A stretch of DNA of 64,000 nt, taken from the NCBI GenBank assembly GCA_964016885.1, contig OZ024742.1, positions 64,914,001 through 64,978,000 of the forward strand, read 5' to 3'. A program made the position numbers and the translations under genes. The notes below the pieces were generated by a model. The model ran no database searches and had not been told where the DNA came from. It saw only the letters and a program-made list of their open reading frames with translations. Origin of the DNA: Eledone cirrhosa (lineage: Eukaryota). Below, in pieces: positions 53,320-64,000 of the stretch (its first letter is position 1; every line of letters begins with the position of its first letter).

Positions 53320-53420
53320 CTTTTTGACGTGTCAGGTGATGCCCGTAAGGGTACCTGGTTGTTTCAGCCTCGCCATCTCCCGTGGCAATGCTGTGCGCGT
53401 GTTGGGTTGCCTCAAAGTGT
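53320..53420 (+). mobile_element. CRE-like LINE extreme 3' fragment
   Basis: SLAISRGNAVRVLGCL resembles the terminal 'LSxAIQRGNA' motif. Confidence 0.45.
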
Positions 53421-53572
53421 TAGTTAACTCTTATGATGTGTGCGGCCAATTGTCGCACTTAGTGGTGATTGCCCCGCTCCTTTTTTCTTCTATTTTTAAT
53501 ATTTTTTTAATCTCTTTTTGCGTTTATATTTGTATATATTATATGTATTTGTGTTTTCGTTGTGTAATCATA

Positions 53573-54045
53573 GGGCGGTGAATTGGCAGTATCGATAGAG
53601 GGTCGGACGCCATGCTTTGCAGCATAGAGTTACAGCCCTTTATGATCTGAGTTCAAATCCCGCTGAGGTTAACTTTGCTTTTCATCCTTACGGGGTCAGT
53701 AAAATAAAGTATCAGTCACGCACTGGGGTCGATCTAATCGACTCTCCCCTCCTCTCAAATTGCTGGCCTTGTGCCTATATAAGAAACCATTATATTATCA
53801 TATTTTCATACAGCTGTGAATTTCCTACAGCTATTCTAAGCTTGATAATTCTGTCAATTCCTCTATCGTATACTAATATATTTAGAAATAATAATTGTTT
53901 CTACTTTAGGCACAATTATTTTATCGACCCCGTAAGAATGAAAGGCAAAGTCAACCTCGGCGGGATTTGAACTCAGATTGTAAAGGGACGTAACTATGCT
54001 GGAAAGCATGGCGTCCGTCCCTCTACTGATACTGCCAATCCAATT
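53573..54045. mobile_element. Inverted pair of Nin-core SINEs (+ 53573-53790, - 53900-54045)
   Basis: Same family as the 20934 cluster, in opposite orientations. Confidence 0.85.
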
Positions 54046-54210
54046 ATTATTTAGAAATAATAATTAAAGGGAAATAACTGTGGCAGTTATTAAAATAGCT
54101 AAATTGAGACATGTTTATATGTTCGAACGTGTTTTGACACATTTCTCAGAGCTTCCGTTCAAACATGTACTGTTTGTGTACAGATATGAATTTATAGTAT
54201 ACTTCAGTTA

Positions 54211-54244
<34 letters not shown>

Positions 54245-55452
54245 CAGGTGCAAACGAAAGAGCGACTAACATAATGTGGAAGCTGGGAGTATTTGTATTA
54301 AGTTTGACTTAACTCCGCACTACCAGCCCAAATCATTAACACGTTTTATAAGCATTGTATTATTATGTCTCTTTTTATATAACAGTGAATAAAATATATC
54401 CACATTCTGAATACGAATAATTCATTGTTCACAATTGTTAATAGAAGGGACTAGCATGTTTATGTGGTTACTGAATTCACAGAAGACGACGTGGCTTGAT
54501 ATCAGTCAAGCAATGAGATCGATATAATCGTCTCCGTTCTTCCTCTCAAAACTTTTGTCTTTGTGTTAATGTAAGAAAAACTTTATAATTTCTTGTTCTT
54601 ACTTTTTCCTTTCTTACCTTCTTTTTTAATATTTTTCACAATCTTTTCTTCCTTCTTACATTCCTCTTTAATCATTATCTACGTCTTATTTCAACTCGCT
54701 CCTCCCCCCACTTTAGCACCACTCCGACATTTCTTTTTCTCTCTCCTTCCTTTCACTCCATTTAAATAACTTCTCTTCTTATACTTCTCCCTCACTTATT
54801 CTGTTCTCTTCATATTTCTTCTCCTCCTTTTCCCTATTTAACCTCTTTCTATGTTTCCCATTTACTTTCTCTTTTTTTCTTCAATGAAAGAGGCGCGACC
54901 GAATGCCATTATCTGATTGGTAAATTTCAGTTTGCGTTTTATTTCTATTTTTTCTCTCTCTCCACCCTTCCTAATCTTACTGTTTCACACGCATTATCTC
55001 AAACAGTCTATCCGATAAATATACACAATACAGAGTCTTGAAAGCCGTTAGGTGTGTGTACGTACCAATCTTCTCTTCACCCAAACATACATATATTTAT
55101 AAACTTGTATAAGCCCCACGTCTCACTCTAATTAACACGCGCGCACATCGAATAGACCAGGAACCTTACACTTGTTGTTACATACATACATACACACGTG
55201 CTAAAATTCATTCGATGCTGATCCACGCTGGTTGGAAGTATGTAATTTTTCTGCATCTTATTTTATATTACTATCTAGCTATCTGTCCATCTTGCTATAC
55301 ATGTTTTAGCTATATGTCTAATTTTGTGTGACTTTTACAATATGTCTCTGTAGAACACATTTAGGAACAACACCAGAAACAAGAAATATACACATAATCT
55401 TATACATGTTTATACACACACACACACACAGTTGTTCTTCACTGTTTCAGCT

Positions 55453-55561
<109 letters not shown>

Positions 55562-55694
55562 AGTTCACTGGGTTGAAATGCAAAACTGAAAAATACTCAA
55601 CATCGTAGTACATACAGTAGAAGTAGAAAAATATTTATTCAAAACTCAAGTGCTTGAGAAACTCCGAGTAGCGACCTTGAATTATATATATACG

Positions 55695-55728
<34 letters not shown>

Positions 55729-55732
<4 letters not shown>

Positions 55733-55860
55733 CATAATAAACAACACAATATACCTGAAACCTTTGGTAATGGAATAATTATATTGTGTTGTTTATTATG
55801 TAATTAAATAGCTCTCTACTATACATAGAGCACTCTTCTTTCCTTTACCTTTTCTACGGA
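55729..55860 (+). mobile_element. Truncated hammerhead-type element (3' half only) with a 24-bp inverted repeat
   Basis: ttacataataaacaacacaatata-cct-GAAA-cctttgg-TA-atggaat, then tatattgtgttgtttattatgtaa. Downstream gcactcttctttcc resembles the reverse complement of ggaaagaagagatgc at ~31576. Confidence 0.45.
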
Positions 55861-56695
55861 AATACTTAACATACACACACAGGAAAAAAGTGTCATAAGA
55901 CAGACAACTGCATCTCAACCTCGCCAACTACCTGGCCAAGTGATTAAGAAGTTTGATTTGCAATCATGAGAGGACTCAAGGTTCAATCCCACCACATAAT
56001 ATCTGGAACCAATGTATTTTGCTATAGCCTCGGATCGACTGAAGCCAAGGTAGACGGAAACTGCGCACGTCCGTCAAATGGGCTATAACTGTTACCGAAA
56101 GGGCCCACGTCGTGTTGGTTCTGCCTAACGTTTAATTCGAGTTACTTTAGTTCGGGTTCAGGGAGGGATTTTGGTTGGGAGTGCACTCTCGGCGGCATTG
56201 TTTCCTCTTTTCAGATTTAAAAAATATAATTTATAAAAATGTTATTGAAGTATGTTCCTTGCGACAGAATACCCTGAAGCTTCTTCCCCACTCGGAATAC
56301 TCAATATCGAAACCGACGGAGTTTATATATTTGTAGTATATGTGTGTATTTCACAAATATAAATCTGTATATCTTCCCTTCTTTCTCTCTCTGTCTCTCC
56401 TCTTTTCATTACATAATTATTGGAGGCTCCAGTGCTCCTCGCAATATCGTTATCTTTTGTTCTGGCAGTGATTCGTTTGTCCACCCCTATCCCTTACCTT
56501 TTGATGTGTGTATTACCTGCTTGTTTTTTTTCTTCTTCCTTTTCTTTCTTTTGTTTATTTGTAATATTATTTATACAATTTCTCTACATATTTAATATTT
56601 CTTGCAGGGAATGAAACAAACTGCCCACCCTTGACCTAAAAATCAAAACCCCAAATAAATAAATAAAACCAAACCAACCAATTCTCAACTCAACG

Positions 56696-56968
56696 ATGGC
56701 TTCACTGAGCAGAAATCTGGGTAGTATTCGAACCCTCTGTTTACGGAACCGTCTCTGTAAGATCTACGACATCCGAGCAGCGTCTTCCAACAAAAGTATC
56801 AATAGGTGCCAAAGCATGGGACGTTTACCGTCAGTTTACATGCTGTGTAGTAGGCATTCGTCCAGTTTGTTGGCCAAACAATATCCCGAATTCGAATTGT
56901 TTCAGTCCAGACATTTAGGACCCCGAGTAAAAGAGACACAAACTATGCTGGAATTCCTTGGTTATTCT
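56696..56968 (+). CDS. GLDC: Glycine dehydrogenase (decarboxylating), mitochondrial P protein, first coding exon
   Basis: Arg/Ser-rich transit peptide, then FQSRHLGPRVKETQTMLEFLGYS (human [23 protein letters not shown]). Phase-0 donor GTAAGT at 56969. Acceptor ttcttgcAG at 56607 implies an upstream UTR exon. Confidence 0.9.
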
Positions 56969-57739
56969 GTAAGTTTTTACATTTTTTAAAATCATTATAA
57001 TTAATTGAATTTTATTGAGCAAAAAGGAAAGAAAAAAAGTTGTGAGGAGAGTGCAAACTTGAGGATAGGTTAGTGAAAGTAATGCCGTGGAGAACAGCCA
57101 GCGATATCCGCTATATCAACCATTCCACCTCATAAGGCTCTTTCCTTAGGCCCGATGCCCTTGCCTCGATTTGGCAGTTGCTAATGTTATTTAGCCCCAT
57201 CTCCAGTAGCACACTCACAACCTGTCCAAAAGCTTTAGAGTGTAGGACAAAATGTCTTGTGGTATTTATTCCTGCATAGAAAGTGTACTGTTCTTCACTC
57301 CTTGACTAAACAGTTAAGAAAAAAATCTGACTGTATCAAACCCTGCAAATCTCTATACAGAGGTGAAACATGCTGCCATCATTGTTGTTTAATAGTCCTA
57401 GCTCAGACCTGTCTTTTTGTATGTCTAAGAAATGTGTTTATGTTGTGTAAATATGCTACAAATATAAACACTGCTACGCTACATGTGGTGAGAGACTGGA
57501 AACTACAGTATTTGGCAATTAGACAGAGACAATATACGGTATAAAAGGGTTCTTCAGTCTCGACGATCCTGTGACAACTTCCAGTGCTGGTGCCATGATA
57601 AAACGCACCTGGTAATCCTGTAAAGTACTCATGTTTGAACCTCAATAAAACATACCCAATCTACTCTGTAAAGTGGTAGTGCTGGTGCCATAATAAAATA
57701 CACCCAATATCCTCTGTTAAGTAATGCATCCAGCCACAG

Positions 57740-58306
57740 AAACAAAATCATGTGTTAGATGACCAACATCATGCTTTTGTTTCAGCGGTAGCTGAGAGAA
57801 AACAATCAACGATTGTTTCAGAATGTTTGCTCCTTATCGAACTTGTGTATTCTCGTCACTGCTACCTGCTTAAAATGCATTGTATTCTCAAATGTATACA
57901 TTGGCTGATTAGCCTCATTTACATACCGAACGATTTTACAGCTAGCTTTGCCGAAAATTTAAAAAAAGCTTTTGCTCTTAACATGGTGGATACCTAAATT
58001 TATTGGTAAGTGAATAATAATAATATTATTAATATTCGGTTTGTTTACAAGCAAACAGCCTCATAAACACCATGTGTTAGATGACCAACATCATCCTTTT
58101 GTTCCAGCTGTAACTGAAATAAAACAATCAACTATTGTTTCGAAGTTTTTGCTCCTTATTGAGATTGTGTATTCTTGTCACTGTTACCCACTGGAACTGT
58201 TGAGAATATATATTATTCTCAAATGTATACATTGGCTGATTAGCCTCATTTGCATACCGAGCGATTTTATGGCCAGAGGCTGTTTGCTTGCAACCAAACT
58301 AAATAT
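57740..58306 (-). mobile_element. Tandem pair of decayed hammerhead-bearing units (322-bp spacing); the second has 31-bp inverted termini
   Basis: 57745-57935 repeats at 58070-58265. Minus-strand GAAA-caatcg-TT-gattgt motifs at 57802-57846 and 58124-58168. Termini aatattcggtttgtttacaagcaaacagcct / aggctgtttgcttgcaaccaaactaaatatt. Confidence 0.6.
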
Positions 58307-58689
58307 TAATAATATGATATTATTATATTATTATTATTCATTCATCATCATCATCTTCGTTTAACGTCCATCTTCCACGCTAGCATGGGTTAGACATTCA
58401 TGAATACATTTAAGTATCCACCATGTTAAGAGCAAAAACAGATTTTGTTTTTTTAATTATGTAATTATATCCTAGAAATAAATTATTAAAATATCATTCT
58501 TATCTTTAATCACTTTCATGTGTCAGTAATCAACATAAATTATAGTTTCTCTTATACAAATCATTAATTTTATCAAAACATAAATTTCCGAATTTGTATG
58601 ATTGTTCATAGATCTGGTAAGCCTGTTATATATGGCATACCAATCCTGGACTCCAAAGATTAGATATGTTCAGCGTTATTGCAGTCATT

Positions 58690-59365
58690 ATTGATAGCAC
58701 AGCTCCACTAGTAATAATTGTTTCTACTTTAGGCACAAGGCCAGCAATTACCCAGTGCATTACTGGTACTTTATTTTATCGACCCCGTAAGGATGAAAGG
58801 CAAAGTCAACCTCCACTAGTAATAATGGTTTCTAACATAGTCATAAGGCCAGAAATTTAGGGGTGGGGAAAAGTTGATTATATCAACTCCAGTACTTGAC
58901 TTGTACTTTATCAACCTCAGAAGGATGAAAGCCTATTATTATCATTATTATTATTATTAGAGGGTGGGGGATTGGCATAATCAGTAGAGCGTCAGTCAAC
59001 CCACTGGCCTTAAACATTCTGAGTTCCAATCCCACCAAGATTAGCTTTGTCTTTCATCTTTACGGGGTTGCTAAAATAAAGCACCAGTAATGTACTGGTG
59101 TTGATTTAATCGACTATCCCCTCCCCCAAAATTGCTGGCCTTGTGCCTATATAAGAAACCATTATTATTAGTAGTAGTTTTGGATTGGCAGTATCGGTAG
59201 AGGGTCGGACGCCATGCTTTCCAGCATAGTTACGTCCCTTTACGATCTGAGTTCAAATCCCGCCGAGGTTGACTTTGCCTTTCATCCTTACGGGGTCGAT
59301 AAAATAAAGTACCAGTAATGCACTGGATAATTGCTGGCCTTGTGCCTAAAGTAGAAACAATTATT
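58690..59365. mobile_element. Nin-core SINE cluster (two - fragments, then two + copies) in GLDC intron
   Basis: Same family motifs as 20934-22360. Confidence 0.85.
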
Positions 59366-59914
59366 AGTAGTAGTTTTATTTGTCACAAGAAAAGGAATGT
59401 GTCTGTCTTAAATCCTTTCAGTCTTGTCCATTCAGTTGATGTTTTATACTTGCACTTGAAATATCCCCCCCCCCCCCACACACACACACCTCATATCCAT
59501 TGAACCTATTGATACTCCAAAAGTTTTCCTTTGGGATATGTGAATGTATTGTTATGATTTTTTTTGTTTGTGTTTTTCTGTTGTTGAGTTGATGTTTTCT
59601 ATAGCTCATAGCTCTCTCTCTTGATTTGTGTGACTCACTTTATTTCTTTGTACTTAGTGAATGTTTTAACATCACTTTGTGTTGTTTGATGTATTGTTGA
59701 CTACATTTGTGTTATTTGTGTTGTTTGTGTGTAAGTGCATAGTGCATGTTATATGAGTATTTGGTTACTTTTCTGTTATGCTGCCTGCTTCAACAGTTTT
59801 GTATATTGTACCTACTTCTATATAGCCTGTGTAGTTATCCCAGCTTGCTTGTATTTTCTGTTTAGACATGTGAATATAGTGGGGTGGGAATGATCTTAGA
59901 AGTAGAAACTTTAA

Positions 59915-60368
59915 CCCTTTAGCATTTACATTATTTATACTATTGTATTTTCGTGGTCTCACATAATATCGAATTTATGAAATTTTGATATTATTTATTT
60001 TTAGAACAGTACCTTAACATCAGTATTAGTGGCCAGTTACAGCCAGTTTGTACAGAAAGAGGTGACAAAATGTGGGCCGAATACGGCCGGTTTAAGGGTT
60101 TAAGTGTTTAACCCTTCCATTGCCATATTTCTGATGTAATAATACACTGCCTATATGTTTCAATTAATTTTGAAAATAACTAGATATTTGGAGGAATTTA
60201 ATCAAATAAGATTTTTGTTAGTAAGCTGCAATTTAGAGCATTATTTAACAAACATTTCTAAAATAAAATTATGATGAAAGGTTTTAATATAAGAATAAAC
60301 ATTTTAGAATGAGCAGATTTGTAATCATAGAACCAGTGGTGGTTTCATGTGGTTTGGTATCAAAAGAG
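59915..60368. mobile_element. Two adjacent piggyBac-like MITEs (family B 59915-60098, family A 60112-60368)
   Basis: Each starts TTAA-CCCTT. Homologous to 17536-17763 and to 6749-6960 (reverse) respectively. Confidence 0.7.
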
Positions 60369-60439
60369 TTAAAAGAAACCAGGGCCAGGTATTATTTTGT
60401 GATCTTGAATGCAATAACCGAGAAAACTGATGCTTGATT

Positions 60440-61300
60440 TTACTAGAAAGAATTATGTTGAAATCATTGACACATGATAGAAATGTCTATAGATTTGTCA
60501 TAATCTTCCCTGTATTTATTACACACAATGATATCATTTGAATATGAGATTCTGGGTTATTCTGTAAGATAATTTGGTTCATCATTCATTGGAAACATAC
60601 CACTGTGTTTATAAGGCCAAATAGAAGTCTTGTATACAAGTTGATAAGAGGCATGTTTTATATCAACCATGCTAAAACATAAATGTTGAGATACTGTATG
60701 TATTAACTTGTCAATGACAGTCACTAGAAAGGCATCAAGAAGAATATGAATGATTATAGGAGTGGAGAAATCAATGACAAGGCAATGTTTGTGATTTTCG
60801 TTTTTTGTTACCTGAGCTCTCCATTGTGTATTACTGGGTTCTATGTTGCTGATGATTGAGTAATTTATTTTTTGCCTGATGAATTTGCAACTGCCCACAA
60901 AATATCTTCAAGTAGGTGAAGCAATAGGTTTTGTATTTTGAGTTAACTTAGTGAAGGGTAAAATGTTGAATCTGTAGGCAAACACAATTTGACACCACCA
61001 GGACTTCAGTGATATTAAACTTATATGCCATTGACAAATATTGAGACATGAAACTCTGGCCAACTATAACCTCAGCCACTGCTGTTTGTACAATTGTTCA
61101 GCATATCAAATGCTAGCTTTGTTTATCCTCATGATTCTAGAACTAAACTGTGTTGATGCTATTAGAATATTGGTTCATTGACAGTATCCATTCAATTTAT
61201 AATTAACCCAATGTAATTTATCACTTGTTACACAATTAACATTAAAAGATAGTTTCTCATCATCAGACTGTTTAGGACACATACTCTTAACATTAACTTT
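60440..61300 (-). mobile_element. Gypsy pol relic
   Basis: IEPSNTQWRAQVTKNENHKHCLVIDFS...LLDAF...FSMVDIKHASYQ resembles the Gypsy RT N-terminal motifs. Confidence 0.7.
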
Positions 61301-61374
61301 AGTGACATATATGCTACAGTGATTTTAACATGCAGAAATGTTGAAATAGTCTAATTTACTATTATTAATGTGTT

Positions 61375-61906
61375 GGCCGAGGTTAACTTTGCCTTTCATC
61401 CTTACGGGGTCGATAAAATAAAGTACCAGTCACGCACTGGGGTCAATTTAATCGACTTCCCCTTCCCCCAAATTACTGGCCTTGTGCCTATATAAGAAAC
61501 CATTAATGTGTTGCCCATAATGCATGAAAATCAATTATCCAACCATGCAAAACAGATATTTACATGTTGCTCAACTGCATTGCTTACTTTACTTGGAGTG
61601 ATTCAAGTTATATTAGAAATTAGCTCAATATGTTGATTAACTAGGTATTTCACTGCAAATCCATGACTACCAGCTGTTTTTTAGTCATGAAAGCAAGCAT
61701 GGACAAATGGATGTAAAAATAATTATTTCTACTTTTGGCACAAGGCCAGCAATTATCCCAGTGCATTACTGGTACTTTATTTTATCGACCCCGTAAGGAT
61801 GAAAGGCAAAGTTAACCCTGGCGGGATTTGAACTCGGACCATAAAGGGCCGAAACTCTTTGCTGCAAAGCATGGCATCCAACCCTCTACCGATACTACCA
61901 ATCCAC
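61375..61906. mobile_element. Inverted pair of Nin-core SINEs (+ 61375-61503, - 61722-61906)
   Basis: Family motifs in both orientations. Confidence 0.85.
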
Positions 61907-61959
61907 AAAAATAATGATGTTAATGAAACAGCTTGTTTTGTTGGTTTTAATGAAAACTG

Positions 61960-62800
61960 AACTACATCAATACTTTATCTACAACAAAAATTATACATCA
62001 ACCATGATATAAATCCTGTGAAATAATCTGTTAGATATATATGACTTTATGTAAAGAAACAAGTAGAAGAAATTGAACATTTGTTAAAATTGGACATTAT
62101 TGAGAAAGCTGATGACCCCACAACACAAGTTTCACATTTAGTTGTGGCAGCAAAGAAAGATAGCTCTGTTTGTGTTTGAGCCTTTGCAGAATAAATACTG
62201 TTAACTAAATGAGACAGTATCCAATATTTACTGTTGGTGAGGTACAAGAATATTTAAATTAATAATGGTTTTCTTTAGAAAACTGTATATTAACATGTGC
62301 TGCTACCAAGTAGAATTAGATCCATTGTTGCATCATATAATATTTGCTTATTCCAGCAGATTATATCCATACAAATTGTTAGTTTTACTAATTTCCTCAA
62401 TATTTGAAGAATTTCAGGAAATTATTAGCAGTCTTTTTAAATCTGAACCTAACATAGGTAACATTGCAGATGGTATTCTAGTTAATGGAAGGGCAAAGAA
62501 AAAGAACATGACATGACATTGATTGGCCTCTTCATATTAAATTACACATAATGTATTTTTTATGTAAAGCAGAATATTTTAACTTAATTCTTTCAAATCG
62601 GGGAGTTAAACTGACAGTGTGTGTGTGTATGTGTGTGTGTGGTCGTGGTGGTGGTCTGGAGGGAGGGGGGTGATTAATGTTGTGACTAACTTTAAATGTC
62701 CAAGAAAACTGAGTGAAGAAAATTTTGAATTATTCAATTTCTTGGTCACTTCATATCTCATTTAGTTACTTCACCAGACATACACAAATAATTGCAAGCT
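61960..62800 (+). mobile_element. Gypsy RT relic (second family)
   Basis: KKQVEEIEHLLKLDIIEKADDPTTQVSHLVVAAKKDSSV...GNIADGILV. Confidence 0.7.
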
Positions 62801-62859
62801 AGCACTAGTCCATGGATTCGGGACAATTTACATTCATGACACATTTTCAACTAACTCTT

Positions 62860-63560
62860 TGATCAATCCAATCTCAATCCAACTCAGGATGTTGCATACT
62901 TTCTAGGAGTGCTAAATTCTCTGGAGACTGGGTTGATGCGTTGTCTGTGGGAGACATTGTTGGTCTATTCAGTCTGTATGAGTTCTGCATTTCCATCGCT
63001 TTCAGAGTTGAGGCTGTTGTGTGTTGGTGTTTGAAATATCAATGTGGCAAGCCTCTTGATTTTGTGGATTGTTATCAACTAAATGCAGGCTGCTTTGCTC
63101 ATAACACCAAGTGAAACCTTATGATAAAACAGATCATAGCCAGAATCAATATCCCTTCAGTTCTGGAGCCAGTTGAATTGTCCAGGGTCACTGGGAAGAG
63201 GCCTGATGGTCTTATCTTCTGCACTTGGACAGGAGGTAGATGCCTCCTATGGAATGCCACTGACAGTGACTCTCACTATTTCACACAGAGAACCCTTGAT
63301 GCTACAGTAAAGGTGGGGATTACTTCATCTATAGCTAAACTTCTGAAATACCATTATTGGTAAACTGTATCATTCAGCCTGTGGCATTCAAGTCATTTGG
63401 GATAGCTTGGCTACTGACAAGGTTTTTGTCATTGTTGTCAGTGTGCCTTACTGAAGTATCTGGCAGTGCATGTGAGGGTACTTCAATATTTCAGTGCCCT
63501 AGTTTCATTATTACATGCAACAATGCTTTTTGTTTACTCTGGATGAAAGTGTATTGACTT
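62860..63560 (+). mobile_element. CRE-like LINE 3' relic (REL endonuclease)
   Basis: IPSVLEPVELSRVTGKRPDGLIFCTWTGGRCLLWNAT contains the RPD motif. Confidence 0.75.
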
Positions 63561-64000
63561 TTTGCACCATTGAGTGAGGAGGGTGATTTTGGACATCCTG
63601 CAGGACAAAAACAAAACCTGACAAAGGATGGAAGAACTCATAAGAGTCAACGGCCATCCAAAAATTGTGTAAATATGTATATAGTGTATATAGTGTATAT
63701 TTGGTAGCCTTGGTTGGCAATCTGTCTAGGAGAGGGACCACTCTGATTTCAAAGCTGGGGCAGACAAGCTCTTTGGCCTTGATAGGCAATCTGCCAAACC
63801 AATCCTGACTGGGTTAAACGACGACATTGATAAGCAGGATGTCGGATCAATAGATAAGGCAATGATCAAGTAACTGTGAATTTGGTTCATACTACTAGTG
63901 GCAAGGCGATCATATCAACTATTGTTGGATGTTTCGGTGAGGCACAACCGCTCTAATACAGAGTACTGCTTTCACTTGTATGGAGTAGTGACCGCAAGTG

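Noticed and set aside
63570-64000. Possible 5' UTR of another LINE
   Set aside because: Only a short resemblance (ctgtctaggagag) to the 34640 region and no diagnostic ORF within the window.

Overview
Eukaryotic, AT-rich, repeat-dominated genomic DNA. The SINE/LINE repertoire suggests a cephalopod mollusc, probably Octopus (inferred from family recognition, not searched). Two host genes are partly visible on the + strand. The first is the 3' end of a GAREM/FAM59-like adaptor: a probable 80-bp exon at 22458-22537 spliced in frame to a large terminal exon at 24351-25886 with PxxP motifs and a C-terminal SAM domain ending GWRPKMV. The second is the first coding exon of mitochondrial glycine decarboxylase GLDC (56696-56968). 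The rest is mostly transposable elements: many RTE LINE copies (one young copy with a 775-aa ORF carrying RT and a PHD-type finger), Hero, Tx1, R4/Dong and CRE relics, Gypsy relics, a recent non-autonomous LTR element with a tRNA-Trp PBS, tRNA-derived SINEs, hAT/piggyBac/Tc-mariner MITEs, a 57-bp minisatellite and microsatellites. The most unusual signal is a set of small non-coding elements carrying type I hammerhead-ribozyme motifs (Penelope-pLTR or retrozyme-like). One is a 425-bp near-perfect palindrome made of two divergent hammerheads with a very long stem II. Three others carry an octamer motif at a conserved distance upstream of the ribozyme core.
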